In this document: positions 53,655 through 64,000 of the stretch, one piece after another
Position numbering within the stretch: the first letter of the stretch is position 1
How the letters are laid out: every line of letters starts with the position of its first letter
Source of the DNA: an uncultured delta proteobacterium
Lineage (GTDB): Bacteria; Desulfobacterota; Binatia; UBA9968
Length of the DNA stretch: 64,000 nucleotides
Reading direction: 5' to 3'
Assembly (NCBI GenBank): GCA_963847445.1
Contig: CAWJZV010000007.1
Span: forward strand, 32,001 to 96,000
Notes under the pieces: model-generated
What the model was told of the DNA's origin: nothing
What the model saw: only the letters and a program-made list of their open reading frames with translations
Databases searched by the model: none
Position numbers and translations under genes: made by a program

Positions 53655-54752
53655 TTGTCTCCTGGCCTGCGGATCGACAGCCCTGTCGCGACCGCATATA
53701 CCGGCGCATTCTCAGCCAGATAATTCCGGTCTATCTTTCTGCCGACATTGAAAACCTTAAACGGTTCACTGAGCTTCACCGGAACGCTCATACGCTCTTC
53801 CAGCATCGCGCGCAGGCCGGTTAGCCGCGCCCCGCCACCGCTTAGATAAATTGCCTTCAGCCCGTCGTTATCGTCAGATGGCACGGCACCATACAGACTT
53901 ACCGTCCGGCGAATCTCTTCGGCCAACTCCTCTGAAATGGGATGTAACGCGGACTCAAGGTCTACACCCACAGCCTTTTCCGAAACTCCAGTGATCTTGA
54001 AGCTCTCGGCTTGTTCGCGTGATAGATTTAAATGCTGTGAAAGTCTGTCGGTAAAATAGCCACCTCCGGTGGATAGATCGCCGGTAAATGTCGATACGCC
54101 ATTTTGCAGCAGCGATATGCTGGTATTCTCCGCGCCAATATGAATCAAACCGGTCACGCCCTTAATGCCGTCGGCTTCATAGTTAGCTTCAAACATGTTT
54201 TCCAGCGCGAAATAATCGACGTCCATCAGAGTAGGGGTCAGGCCAGCTTCCGAGATCGCATCGGTGTAGCTATTGACGATTTCTTTCTTGACTGCCACCA
54301 GAAGGATTTCCATCCGGTTGCCATCCTCCGTTTGGCTTAACACCTGGTAATCTAGATTGACATTCTCGATGTTCTCCGGAATCACATTCTGCGCTTCAAA
54401 TTCAATGTTATTTTCCAACTCGGCCGACTCTTGTTTCGGCATCTGGAATTTTTTCATGATGACAGCGCGACCCGGCACCGCGGAGATGACCTGTTTCGAC
54501 GTCACGCCGCTTTGTTGAATCAGGCGCTTGATGGCATCGACGATCGGCCCAGGTTCGACGATCATATTATTTTTGATCGCGTTGCTTGGCAGCGGCACAA
54601 CACCTAGATTCAAAAGATGATAACCATTCTTGTCGATTGCGGTTTCGACCATCTTTATCGAGGTCGAGCCGATGTCGAGGGCAACATATCCGCTACCCCC
54701 AGCCCAGGGAGCCGAGAACGCCGAATTTAAGTTTGTTCCAGAGTGGCGTCAT
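53651..54752 (-). CDS. pilM: Type IV pilus assembly protein PilM (5' frameshift)
   Basis: VALDIGSTSIKMVE upstream of ORF 53651..54652; ILLVAVKK, LMDVDYFALEN, IHIGA, YLSGGGA, VATGLSIR. Confidence 0.93.
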
Positions 54753-54757
54753 TAAAA

Positions 54758-54958
54758 TTATTGCTTGAAGAGTGAATTTTTTTGCTCGATCGACAATCCC
54801 AAAGCCAACAGGATCTTGCGTTTGGTGGCCATGCGGCAGTCCTTGCCTTTTTCAATGCGATCGAGAGTCAACGGCGATATACCCGCCAAACGAGCGAGTT
54901 CAGCCTTGCTCAACATCTTCGCTTCGCGAACCTTTTTGACGTTATTACTGTGAGCCAT
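54758..54958 (-). CDS. Small XRE-family helix-turn-helix regulator
   Basis: NNVKKVREAKMLSKAELARLAGISPLTLDRIEKG..CRMATKRKILLALG. Confidence 0.9.
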   Translation of the reverse strand: MAHSNNVKKVREAKMLSKAELARLAGISPLTLDRIEKGKDCRMATKRKILLALGLSIEQKNSLFKQ

Positions 54959-55278
54959 CGCTAGAGGCCGTTTGATAGAGGATGGAAACTATTGGCAAGA
55001 GTGAGCATTACGCAACCAAAGGGACCCCTTAAGTCAACTAAAATTATATCTAAATTATGTATAGTTATAGAACTTCTATGCTGCTTTCATAAGCAAACCG
55101 ACTGCCAAGGGACTCCCCAGCAGCGCCGTGGCACCTTAGGGATAGTTAAGGCAGTTTCATGCCATTTTACCCACCCCAACTGGGTTACTGCTAAGCGACG
55201 AGTTCGCACGATCATGAGGTTCTTGGACAATTTTGCGCAAAGTTGCATTTGCCGGGAGGCGCCGGTAAGAAACTACCC

Positions 55279-57561
55279 ATGCACGAGGCGCAGAAGTTCG
55301 CTTGGGTCGTCGTGCCGTCATCCCACAGAGAGCCGCTGATCTATCGCCTGCCCGGCGCGCTGCTAGCCAATCTTGCGCCCGGCACGCGCGTGCTAGTGCC
55401 GCTGCAGAAACGCCAAGTGACCGGAGTGGTGCTGAGCATCGTCGATGAATCGCCACATAGTATGGTCAAAGACGTGAGCGAGATTCTCGACGACCAGCCG
55501 ATTATCGATGCCGATCTGCTAAAACTGGCACAGTGGATTTCGCAGTACTATCTCGCCCCGTTGGGCGACGTGGTTGCAACAATTCTACCGCCCAATTCGC
55601 GCCGCGACAGTCAACGGTTGGTAATCTTGCAGCAACGCGATGCGATCCCAGAGGACGAGTTGGAAAGCGAGGTATTGCAGGAACTCAGCAAACGTAGAGG
55701 CAAAGTTAGCCTTAAGACGTTAATTGGGCTGTTCTCAGGTCGGCGCATTGACCGGGCCCTGGCAAAACTGGAGATCCGTGGGGTGGTAAGCCAGGCTGAG
55801 CACTTGGCCAAAATCCGGCGCCGTAAAGTTCCCCTGCTTTTGACACCGGTCTCCGACATCGATGCGCCGGTGACGCTTAAACTAAATTCGCAACAAGCGC
55901 TTGCCATGGACACCGTCGCGGCGGCAATCGATCAGGGTGGTTTTGAAACCTTTTTGCTCCATGGCATCACCGGCAGCGGCAAGACCGAAGTGTATCTACG
56001 CGCCATGGGATACGCACGCGAACGCGGCCGGCGCAGTATAATTCTAATTCCAGAAATTTCCCTGACGCCACAACTTTTGGACCAAATGCACCGTTATTTC
56101 CCGGGAAAAGTCGGCGTGCTGCATAGTGCGCTCACCGGCGCCGAGCGTTGGGCCCAATGGTGGCGGATTCTGCGCGGCGAGGTCGATGTTGTCGTCGGCG
56201 CGCGCTCGGCGGTCTTCGCGCCGCTGGCGAATCTCGGCCTGATCATCGTCGATGAAGAACATGACTCGTCGTACAAACAAGAAGAAGGTCTGCGTTACAA
56301 CGGCCGCGATGTCGCGGTGGTGCGCGGCAAACAGTTGGGCTGTCCGGTAGTCTTGGGTTCCGCTACTCCGGCCCTGGAAAGCTACGAGAATTGCCGCCAG
56401 GGGCGTTATAAGCTGGTCGAACTGACCCAACGAGTGGAGCAGCGTCCGTTGCCAGCGGTGGAAACCATCGATATGCGCTACCAGTTCGTCAAACCGGCTG
56501 CACCAGAGAAGCCTTCCGAGGCGTTACAGAAGAATGCTAAAAAGATGGTCAAGCCGCGCTTGATGGCCGAAAGCTTTATCGCAGCGATCAAGCAAAACCT
56601 TCTCGACAAGCGCCAGACTCTGATATTTCTCAATCGCCGCGGCTTCGCCAATTTCTTGCAGTGCGGCTTATGCGGCCATGTCTGGCACTGTCCGCATTGC
56701 AGCGTGACACTAACGCTGCATCTGCGGCGTAAACTGCTGGCTTGCCACCACTGCGACTATCGCCGCGCCATGAGCGACGTTTGTCCGGAGTGTAAAAATC
56801 CAAGCCTGGCCCCAGTGGGGACCGGTACGGAGCAGGTTGAAGAGGCACTCCGCGAACTGCTGCCCGAGGCCAGAGTGGCGAGAATGGACCGCGACACCAC
56901 CAGCAAGCGAGGCTCTCAAGAGGCATTGATCAGGCGCTGGGAGCGCGGTGACATCGACATCTTGGTCGGCACCCAGATGATCACCAAAGGCCACGATGTC
57001 GCCGGCGTGACACTAGTCGGCGCTCTCTCCGCGGACCTGTCGTTGAACTTACCCGACTTCCGCGCCGCCGAGCGGACTTTTCAACTGCTCAGCCAAGTCG
57101 CCGGGCGCGCCGGACGGGGCAACGATCCGGGCCGCATGGTGATTCAAACTTACTCCCCCGATCATTATGCGATTCAGCACCTGCCGAACCATGATTATAA
57201 GGGTTTCTTCGCCGTCGAGAGCGAATTCCGCCAGGCGCTTAACTATCCGCCCTTCGCCAAATTAATTAATTTACGCTTCGACGGTCCCAAGGCTGAAGAA
57301 GTTGAGAGGCGCGCGAAATCCGTAGCTGCACAGTTACGCCGACTCCAAGTCCGCGAGCCAAAGTTTAACGCCGGCATCGAAGTGCTCGGCCCCGCGGCCG
57401 CGCCCATCGAAAAACTGCGCAATCGCTTTCGCTGGCAGCTCCTGCTCAAAGGGAAAAATAGCACCAGCCTGTTGGAATTTGCCAACCACGCCCGCAGGTT
57501 CTCTCCCGATGGCCGCGGCGGGCGCCTGCAGATTGATGTCGATCCTTACAGCATGTTATAA
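55279..57561 (+). CDS. priA: Primosomal protein N'
   Basis: LHGITGSGKTEVY, VDEEHD, LGSATP, FLNRRG, Zn-binding CxxC motifs, GTQMITKGHD, QVAGRAGR. Confidence 0.97.
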   Translation: MHEAQKFAWVVVPSSHREPLIYRLPGALLANLAPGTRVLVPLQKRQVTGVVLSIVDESPHSMVKDVSEILDDQPIIDADLLKLAQWISQYYLAPLGDVVATILPPNSRRDSQRLVILQQRDAIPEDELESEVLQELSKRRGKVSLKTLIGLFSGRRIDRALAKLEIRGVVSQAEHLAKIRRRKVPLLLTPVSDIDAPVTLKLNSQQALAMDTVAAAIDQGGFETFLLHGITGSGKTEVYLRAMGYARERGRRSIILIPEISLTPQLLDQMHRYFPGKVGVLHSALTGAERWAQWWRILRGEVDVVVGARSAVFAPLANLGLIIVDEEHDSSYKQEEGLRYNGRDVAVVRGKQLGCPVVLGSATPALESYENCRQGRYKLVELTQRVEQRPLPAVETIDMRYQFVKPAAPEKPSEALQKNAKKMVKPRLMAESFIAAIKQNLLDKRQTLIFLNRRGFANFLQCGLCGHVWHCPHCSVTLTLHLRRKLLACHHCDYRRAMSDVCPECKNPSLAPVGTGTEQVEEALRELLPEARVARMDRDTTSKRGSQEALIRRWERGDIDILVGTQMITKGHDVAGVTLVGALSADLSLNLPDFRAAERTFQLLSQVAGRAGRGNDPGRMVIQTYSPDHYAIQHLPNHDYKGFFAVESEFRQALNYPPFAKLINLRFDGPKAEEVERRAKSVAAQLRRLQVREPKFNAGIEVLGPAAAPIEKLRNRFRWQLLLKGKNSTSLLEFANHARRFSPDGRGGRLQIDVDPYSML

Positions 57562-57574
57562 AATTCAGTAAGTT

Positions 57575-58117
57575 ATGGCTATTTTAAAAATTCTTAAATA
57601 CCCGGAGCCGGCACTTAAAAAGGTCGCGTCACCGGTGCGCGAATTCGGCGCGAAAACCGTCCAGCTGGTCAACGACATGCTCGAGACTATGTATGCCGCG
57701 CCGGGTGTCGGCCTCGCCGCGCCGCAGGTCGGCGTATCTCAGCGTGTAGTGGTTCTCGACACCGATCACGAGAATCCCGGCAAGCAGGTTTATAAGCTCA
57801 TCAATCCAGTGATAACCCACGCGGAGGGTTCAGTGATCTGGGAAGAGGGTTGTCTCAGTGTCGTCGACTTCACCGCCGAGGTGAAGCGCGCGGCGCAAGT
57901 GCAAGTCAGCGCTTTCAATGAGCAGCAAAAAGAGATCAAGATCGAAGCTGAAGGTTTGCTGGCAGTGGCCTTGCAGCATGAGATCGATCACCTCGATGGC
58001 AAACTATTCATCGACCGGATCAGCCGGTTAAAGCGTGAGCTCTATACCCGCAAGCGTATCAAGAGTCTGCGCAGCGGCGTCGAGCCGGCACACGAATCAG
58101 CGCACATCATGATCTAA
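57575..58117 (+). CDS. def: Peptide deformylase
   Basis: GVGLAAPQVG, EGCLS, QHEIDHLDG. Confidence 0.97.
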   Translation: MAILKILKYPEPALKKVASPVREFGAKTVQLVNDMLETMYAAPGVGLAAPQVGVSQRVVVLDTDHENPGKQVYKLINPVITHAEGSVIWEEGCLSVVDFTAEVKRAAQVQVSAFNEQQKEIKIEAEGLLAVALQHEIDHLDGKLFIDRISRLKRELYTRKRIKSLRSGVEPAHESAHIMI

Positions 58118-58172
58118 TCGCGTCCGTCAAGTTTCTAAAATATCAGCCGCATCGTTTCGTCGAGTCTTTTTC

Positions 58173-59115
58173 ATGGCAGCACCCTGGCGCATCATCTTTA
58201 TGGGCACGCCGCAAATCGCCGCGGCGACTTTGGCGCAACTCCTCACCGGCCCAGATACCATCGTCGGCGTGGTCACCCAGCCGGATAGCAGCGCCGGGCG
58301 CGGCCAGAAAAGTTCCGCCTCGCCGGTACGAAAATTGGCCGAGTCACATGCCATCCCGGTTCTTGCCGCGGAAAAAATTCGCACCCCGGAATTTCTTCAA
58401 TCGCTGCGCAATTGGCTGCCCGACATCATTGTGGTGGTTGCCTACGGCCGTATCTTGCCGAAATCGATTCTCGAGCTGGCTCCCCACGGCTGCGTCAACG
58501 TACATTACTCGCTCCTGCCGAAATACCGCGGCGCCGCGCCGGCCGCCTGGACGATTATCAACGGCGAAGCGGAAGCCGGCGTCAGCACCATGAAGCTAGT
58601 GGAAAAAATGGATGCCGGGGCGATCTATTTGCAAGAGGCTATCAGGCTCAGCGGTGAGGAAACCACCGGATCGCTACAAACCGAGCTAACACCCATCGGC
58701 GCCCGGCTGCTGCTGGATACTTTGCGCCGGCTCAAAGACAGGAACGCTCAGCGCAACCGAACAAGATGAAAGCCTGGCGACCCTTGCGCCAATCTTAAAG
58801 AAAGAAAACGGCCTCATCGACTGGCAACGCCCGGCGATAGAAATCGAGCGGCGGATTCGCGGCTTCGACCCTTGGCCGGGAAGTTTCACGCATTTCGCCG
58901 GCAAAATGCTGAAGGTTCATCGCGCCAGCATTGTCAGCACCGAGCGGCGCGGCGCCCCTGGCGAAATCATCCGCGCCGATGGCGCCGGATTTTGGCTCGC
59001 GACCGCGTCGGGGGTCTTGAGCCTGGAAGAAGTGCAGCAAGAAAACAAGAGACGGCTGGCGGGCGTCGAGTTTATCAAGGGCGCGAGGATTAAACCCGGT
59101 GACCGCCTTGGATGA
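58173..59115 (+). CDS. fmt: Methionyl-tRNA formyltransferase (frameshift near 58745)
   Basis: IIFMGTP, VVTQPD, VVAYGRIL, NVHYSLLPKYRGAAP, MDAG. Confidence 0.95.
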
Positions 59116-60465
59116 CGGTAAGAACGTCCGCCAAATCGCCGGCGAGATCCTGCACAAAGTCGAGATTCAGACGGCCTACGCCGACCTACTGCTCGATCAC
59201 CATTTGCGCAGCGATGATCTTAAAGACGCCGACCGCGGGCTTTTGACAGAGTTGACCTACGGGACGCTGCGCTGGCGCGGCAGGATCGACTCCAAGCTTG
59301 TACCGTTGCTTAACCGGTCGCTCTCCGATACCGATCCGTTTATTCGCAATTTACTCCGGGTCACCCTCTATCAATTGCTCTTTCTCGACAAGATTCCTGC
59401 CTATGCCGCGGTCAACGAAGCCGTCGAGATCGCCAAAGCTACACAGCCCAAAAGCGCCGGTTTCGTCAACGGCGTCCTGCGCAGTTTTCTCAGGCAATTG
59501 GCGAAGAGGGCAAGGGGAGGGAGATCAAGAGTTCAGCTGCGAACCTAGCCGATGAGTATTCGCATCCCCAATGGTTGGTGGATCGCTGGCTCGAATACTT
59601 TGGCGATGAGCAAGCGAAAGCATTAATGCTCGCGAGCAATCAAAGAACGCCGCTGGTGGTACGGGTCAACTCACGGTAAGACAGCCGCGAGAATTACTCG
59701 CAACGCTGGCAGCGAACAGCACATCGTCGCCGAACCCACCGCCGTCTCGCCGCAAGCCATTCGGTTGCCCATTGGCGCGAGCATCGAGACTTTACCGGGC
59801 TTTACCGAAGGACTACTTTCAAGTCCAAAGCGAAGCCGTCGCAACTGGTATCATACCTGGTCGGCCCGGCGTCCGGCAGACCTGATTCTTGACGCATGCG
59901 CCGCGCCAGGTGGCAAAGCAACCCATCTCGCCGAGTTGATCGGCGATCGAGGTAAAGTCGTGGCCATCGATACTTCGGCCCGCGGCGTTGCGAGAATCGC
60001 TCAAAATGCCGAGCGCTTGGGGCTCGACTTCGATTCAAGCCATGTGCGCCGACGCGAGTAAAGCATTGCCGGCCAACCTTGCTGGTCCATACGATCGCAT
60101 CCTCGTCGACGCGCCATGCAGCGGTCTCGGCACTTTGCGCTCTCACCCCGAGATCAAATGGCAGCGCGACGATAGCGACATCGCCCGGCTCTGCGCGCTG
60201 CAAGCGCGGATTCTGCAATCCGTGGCGCAGCACTTGAAAACTGGCGGCGTTCTCGTCTATTCCACCTGTACGTTGACGGTCGACGAGAACGAGCAAGTCG
60301 TCGAGAATTTCCTGCGCGAAAATAGCCAGTTTGAGTTGACCGATGCGGCGCGCTATCTTCCCGAATCAGCGCGCCACATGGTGCGCGATAAATATTTTCA
60401 GGCACTGCCCCAGCGCGACGACACCGATGGTTTTTTTGCCGCGCGCATGAGAAAGGTTGACTTAG
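59099..60465 (+). CDS. rsmB: 16S rRNA m5C967 methyltransferase (frameshifted)
   Basis: NusB-like N-terminus (ELTYGTLR, AAVNEAV, FVNGVLR), DACAAPGGKATH, ILVDAPCSGLG, VYSTCT, DGFF. Confidence 0.93.
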
Positions 60466-61126
60466 ATGCCAGCGATGAAAATCGCTCCGTCGATTTTGTC
60501 GGCGGATTTCAGCCGATTGAAAGACGAGATCCAGGCGGTGGAAGCGGCCGGCGCCGATTGGATTCATGTCGATGTTATGGACGGCCACTTCGTGCCCAAT
60601 ATCACCATCGGCCCGGTGGTGGTCGAGTGGGTGCGCAAGGTTACGACAATCACCGTCGATGTTCATCTCATGATCACCGACCCCGACAAGTACGCGCCGG
60701 AATTCATCAAAGCCGGCGCCGACTGGGTGTCGATCCATCCCGATACCTGCATCGATCCCAACACTACATTGAAAAAAATTCGCGAGCTCGGCGCCAAGCC
60801 ATCGATCGCGGTCAATCCAGATGTGCCGCTCGGCAATGTCGCCGGCTGCTTTGGCGATAGTCGATATGATTCTGATGATGACGGTCTTCCCAGGTTTCGG
60901 CGGCCAAGCGTTCATCGCCGACGTGCTGCCGAAAATCACCGAAGTTCGGAAGTTAATCGATGCCCGTAAACCAGGCGTGCTCATCGAGGTCGACGGTGGC
61001 ATTAAGACTGACAACATCGCCAGAGTGGTCCAAGCCGGTGGCGAGGTGATCGTTTCCGGCTCAGGAATCTTCAAAACGCCAAATTACACCGACACCATTC
61101 GCCAGATGCGCCAAGCCGTGGGCTAA
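60466..61126 (+). CDS. rpe: Ribulose-phosphate 3-epimerase (frameshift near 60860)
   Basis: IAPSILSADF, HVDVMDGHFVPNITIG, DVHLMI, MTVFPGFGGQ, IEVDGGI. Confidence 0.96.
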
Positions 61127-61147
61127 CCCACACCCCCACCGCGCCGC

Positions 61148-61223
61148 CAATTCCAAATTTAAAATTCCAGATTCCAAACGCGTCCTTCCGACAATCTGTA
61201 ATATGGAATTTGTAATCTGCAAT
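61148..61223. repeat. Inverted heptamer arrays
   Basis: AATTCCA AATTTAA AATTCCA GATTCCA ... AATCTGT AATATGG AATTTGT AATCTGC; same family as 6541..6575. Confidence 0.7.
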
Positions 61224-61278
61224 GCCTCGCTTCACGAGGCAGTTGTTTTCCCTCTGCGGTGTGTTAGTTTGTCCGGGT

Positions 61279-61355
61279 CGGGGCGTGGCTCAGCTTGGTA
61301 GAGCGCACGGTTCGGGTCCGTGAAGTCGGTGGTTCAAATCCACTCGCCCCGACCA
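61279..61355 (+). tRNA. tRNA-Pro (anticodon CGG)
   Basis: Acceptor stem CGGGGCG/CGCCCCG + ACCA; D-arm GCTCAGCTTGGTAGAGC; anticodon arm CACGG-TTCGGGT-CCGTG; T-loop GGTTCAAATCC. Confidence 0.97.
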
Positions 61356-61541
61356 TTTTTCTTCTCTCTTCCACTCATTTTCATCAACCGTTTGACCCAC
61401 TTTAGACGCACCATCATTGGTTTCGGTGCCTCAGGGTTCGACAAAGTTGCGAACTTGGTCCTGAGGGAGCGCGCTTTTACCGTTTCCAGAAGTTTCTTCT
61501 GAGCAGGGAATTTCTTAGGATGATGGCGGGTTCTAAGGGTC

Positions 61542-62267
61542 CTACCAACCGAAGAGGTAGCTAAGCCGGACGTTAATTTGATGCATCCCCTGGAGATCAA
61601 CTTTGTTGATCACCGGGCCGAGACCACTACCTAAGCCGCCCACGGAGTGCTTTTCCGAACCAAGGCCTAAGTAATTGTATTCGGTTCCGAGAATGATGTT
61701 GGGTGTGACTCGGAATTCGATTCCTGGCCCCATGACGAATCCATGGTGGCGTTCGGAGCTCCTTCCGTCACCTTGTTCTATACCGACGGTATCGACCAAA
61801 CGTGTCTTGACGCTACCGGAGGCGTAACCAACTTTGAGATAAGTTAGCCATCTATCGGTCGCATAACCGGCTCGCAGAACGGTTGAGAACAGGTGATTGA
61901 TCCTTGTAGTATACTCATCGTCACCCGACCCGGTATTGCTTCTCGACCCATCGTGAAAATGGCCGGCGGAATAGGAAGGTTCGATACCGAAAACCAGCGA
62001 TCCAACTTGATAATTGAAACCTAGGTGGCCGCCGCCGAACACCCCACTTACCGGGTGTGAGGTAATGCGGGCTCCCTGATTATAGTCGACCACCGGCGAC
62101 GGCGCGCTGATGCTGGTCCAAATGGCCCGATCCCACCCGTAACCCAAATGACCACCGACGTAGAGGCCAGTCCAAGATGTGGGCTTGTCAGGTAGCGGCT
62201 CAGCAGCAAATGCCGGGCCCGTCAGAAAAACAACAACGGTAATGATTACAACGACGATTCGTACCAT
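61542..62267 (-). CDS. Outer-membrane beta-barrel protein (Omp25/Omp31-like)
   Basis: Signal peptide; SWTGLYVGGHLGYGW, GGHLGFNYQVG, RAGYA.DRWL.Y, G.GIEF, EYNY, C-terminal LSYLFGW. Confidence 0.85.
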   Translation of the reverse strand: MVRIVVVIITVVVFLTGPAFAAEPLPDKPTSWTGLYVGGHLGYGWDRAIWTSISAPSPVVDYNQGARITSHPVSGVFGGGHLGFNYQVGSLVFGIEPSYSAGHFHDGSRSNTGSGDDEYTTRINHLFSTVLRAGYATDRWLTYLKVGYASGSVKTRLVDTVGIEQGDGRSSERHHGFVMGPGIEFRVTPNIILGTEYNYLGLGSEKHSVGGLGSGLGPVINKVDLQGMHQINVRLSYLFGW

Positions 62268-62532
62268 TATATTCTCCCAATGTTTATATAACTCAATTTT
62301 AGTAAAATTGACAGATTTAAAATCTTATATTGATTGAGAGATGAGCTCCGTAAGAAATGGAATTTTGTCAATAATACCCGCAACAATTTAGTGGATGCAT
62401 GTTGTCATGGGCGGCCCACGTGGAGTCGGCTTTAATTGAACCGTAGTGCAGTCCAAACCGCCACTAAATCAAGAAATTGGTGTTTTTGCCGAGGGAGAGG
62501 TGATCGCTCAGTGACGGAAAGGTAATGCGCTG

Positions 62533-63798
62533 CTAGACCGACAACTGCCGAATCGCATTGATCCGCTCAACCGCTGTTGGGTGGGAGTAGTGGTATGCGG
62601 AATACCAAGGGTGCGGCGTCAGGTTCGACAGATTCTTCACCGTCAAATTAATCAGCGCTTCTTCCATCGCCTTACCGTCGCGCAGGGTCTTTACGGCGAA
62701 TCCGTCGGCTTCATATTCATGCTTACGCGACAGGCGGTTCACGAATGGCGCCAAGTAAAAGGTAAAGGGACCGGCGACCAGCGAAAACAGCACCAGCGCG
62801 CCGTGGTTGGACGGCGCCAGACCGAAAGGGGCAAAAAATGGCGCGTAGTCGACGAGTAAACTGAGAATGTAGAGCCCGCCAAAGAGAAAAATCATCTGCA
62901 CCAATAGCATGCGACGGATATGTTTCATTTTGTAGTGGCCCATCTCGTGGGCCAACACGGCCAGTCCTTGAGCGGTCGACATCTGGTCGATTAGAGTGTC
63001 GAACAGGACGATGCGCTTCGCTTTACCGATGCCGGTAAAATACGCGTTGGAGTGGGCCGAGCGCCTGGAGCCGTCCATCGAGTAAATGCCGCTGGTCTTG
63101 AAACCGATCTGTTCCGCCAAGGCTAAAATGCGCTGGCGCAGTTCGCCCTCCTTGAGCGGCTCGAACTTGTTGAACCAGGGCGCAATGAAGGTCGGGAAAA
63201 TCACGATCATCAACAGTTGAAATGCCGAGATAAAGGCAAAAGCCCAAAGCCACCAAGCCCGCCCCATGATATCCATCAACCACAACACCACCAGCAAAAA
63301 GGGCACGCCGATTAGCAAACCTAAGACGAGTCCTTTGAGTTTGTCGCTCAGGTAAAGCCCGATGGTGGTTTTGTTGAAGCCAAACTTAGCTTCGATGCCA
63401 AAGGTCGAATAGAGCTCGGTCGGCAGCGCCGTTAGGCTGAGGATCGCGCCGACGGCGCAGCAGAAAATAATTCCTTGGCCATAGCCGCCGAACGAGAAAC
63501 TACTTGCCCAATGAGCCGACCACCGATCGACCATACCAAGTAAGCCGCTCAGCAGCACGATTAACAAAATGGCACTGCCGTAGATTTCAGACCAGCGCTG
63601 AAACCGGCCGTTGGACAGTGTGTACTCGACGGATTTTGCGTAATCCTGCAGGGCGATTTTGCCGTGGAAAGGTTCAGGAATCGCGTTTCTGGCGGAGCTG
63701 GCTTCAACATGGCGTAGGTTTAACTCATTGAGCCCAAACTCAATGGCGAAATGACTAGCAAAGAGCGCCAGAAAGAACGTGAGAATGGACTGGTCCAT
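62533..63798 (-). CDS. M48 family Ste24/CAAX-type zinc endopeptidase
   Basis: DGSRRSAHSNAYFTG, VLAHEMGH (HExxH), SRKHEYEAD, YSHPT..RI. Confidence 0.93.
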   Translation of the reverse strand: MDQSILTFFLALFASHFAIEFGLNELNLRHVEASSARNAIPEPFHGKIALQDYAKSVEYTLSNGRFQRWSEIYGSAILLIVLLSGLLGMVDRWSAHWASSFSFGGYGQGIIFCCAVGAILSLTALPTELYSTFGIEAKFGFNKTTIGLYLSDKLKGLVLGLLIGVPFLLVVLWLMDIMGRAWWLWAFAFISAFQLLMIVIFPTFIAPWFNKFEPLKEGELRQRILALAEQIGFKTSGIYSMDGSRRSAHSNAYFTGIGKAKRIVLFDTLIDQMSTAQGLAVLAHEMGHYKMKHIRRMLLVQMIFLFGGLYILSLLVDYAPFFAPFGLAPSNHGALVLFSLVAGPFTFYLAPFVNRLSRKHEYEADGFAVKTLRDGKAMEEALINLTVKNLSNLTPHPWYSAYHYSHPTAVERINAIRQLSV

Positions 63799-63853
63799 GA
63801 AAAAGCCGGCGCACGAGTAAGCGAAAGCGCCCGGTCAGAAATCGCCGACCGGT

Positions 63854-64000
63854 CTACGCCGGGGTTGGCGCCGGCGTCGATTCCACCGTCGTCGTGTAAG
63901 AAAACACCAGCTTGCCGTCTTGCTCGTCGACTTTGACTTTACCGCCGTTTTGCAATTTGCCGAAAAGGATTTCGTCGGCCAGGACGCGCTTGATTTCGTT
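63854..64000 (-). CDS. clpA: 3' end of Clp protease ATP-binding subunit, probably ClpA (partial)
   Basis: Manual translation: EIKRVLADEILFGKLQNGGKVKVDEQDGKLVFSY...PA*. Confidence 0.8.
   Translation of the reverse strand, partial: NEIKRVLADEILFGKLQNGGKVKVDEQDGKLVFSYTTTVESTPAPTPA

Noticed and set aside
2235-61126. Numerous frameshifted genes as pseudogenes or programmed frameshifts
   Set aside because: Shifts hit essential genes (aroC, aroB, fmt, rpe, pilM) as well as accessory ones, often at short homopolymers, while motifs remain intact. Sequencing indels are the simpler explanation.
61279-62530. Prophage or integrative element at tRNA-Pro
   Set aside because: No integrase and no duplicated tRNA 3' end found; housekeeping-type genes resume within about 1.2 kb.

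Overview
GC-rich bacterial chromosome segment. Gene content (many orphan solute-binding proteins, degenerate M24 and VOC enzymes, an XRE-HTH gene leading pilMNOPQ, several REP-like families) suggests a deltaproteobacterial-type lineage such as Candidatus Binatota; this is inference only. More than 20 genes, including essential ones (aroC, aroB, aroK, fmt, rpe), are broken by single-base frameshifts, which points to an unpolished long-read assembly rather than gene decay. Order of contents: start of the nuo operon (nuoA, nuoC); a solute-binding protein and a CapA-like gene; a catabolic-looking operon with two tandem gene pairs (VOC x2, TcuA-like flavoprotein x2); a DHH phosphoesterase; an M24-fold/VOC pair; an unassigned five-enzyme operon (B12-radical SAM, SDR, FAD oxidase, heme-oxygenase-like dimetal enzyme, O-methyltransferase); UPF0182; a Dlt-like acyl ligase-ACP-MBOAT-LtaS-like cluster; DedA/UppP/ArnT; an operon of two secreted Dx(N/D)xDG-repeat proteins plus TonB/ExbB/ExbD-like genes next to a vWA protein; aroQBKC; a type IV pilus locus (pilY1, X, W, V, fimT, pilQPONM); priA-def-fmt-rsmB-rpe; tRNA-Pro(CGG); an outer-membrane beta-barrel; an M48 protease; and the 3' end of clpA. 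The best candidates for undescribed systems are the repeat-protein/TonB-ExbBD operon, the radical SAM/HDO operon and the Dlt-like acylation cluster. All assignments come from motif recognition; no database searches were run.
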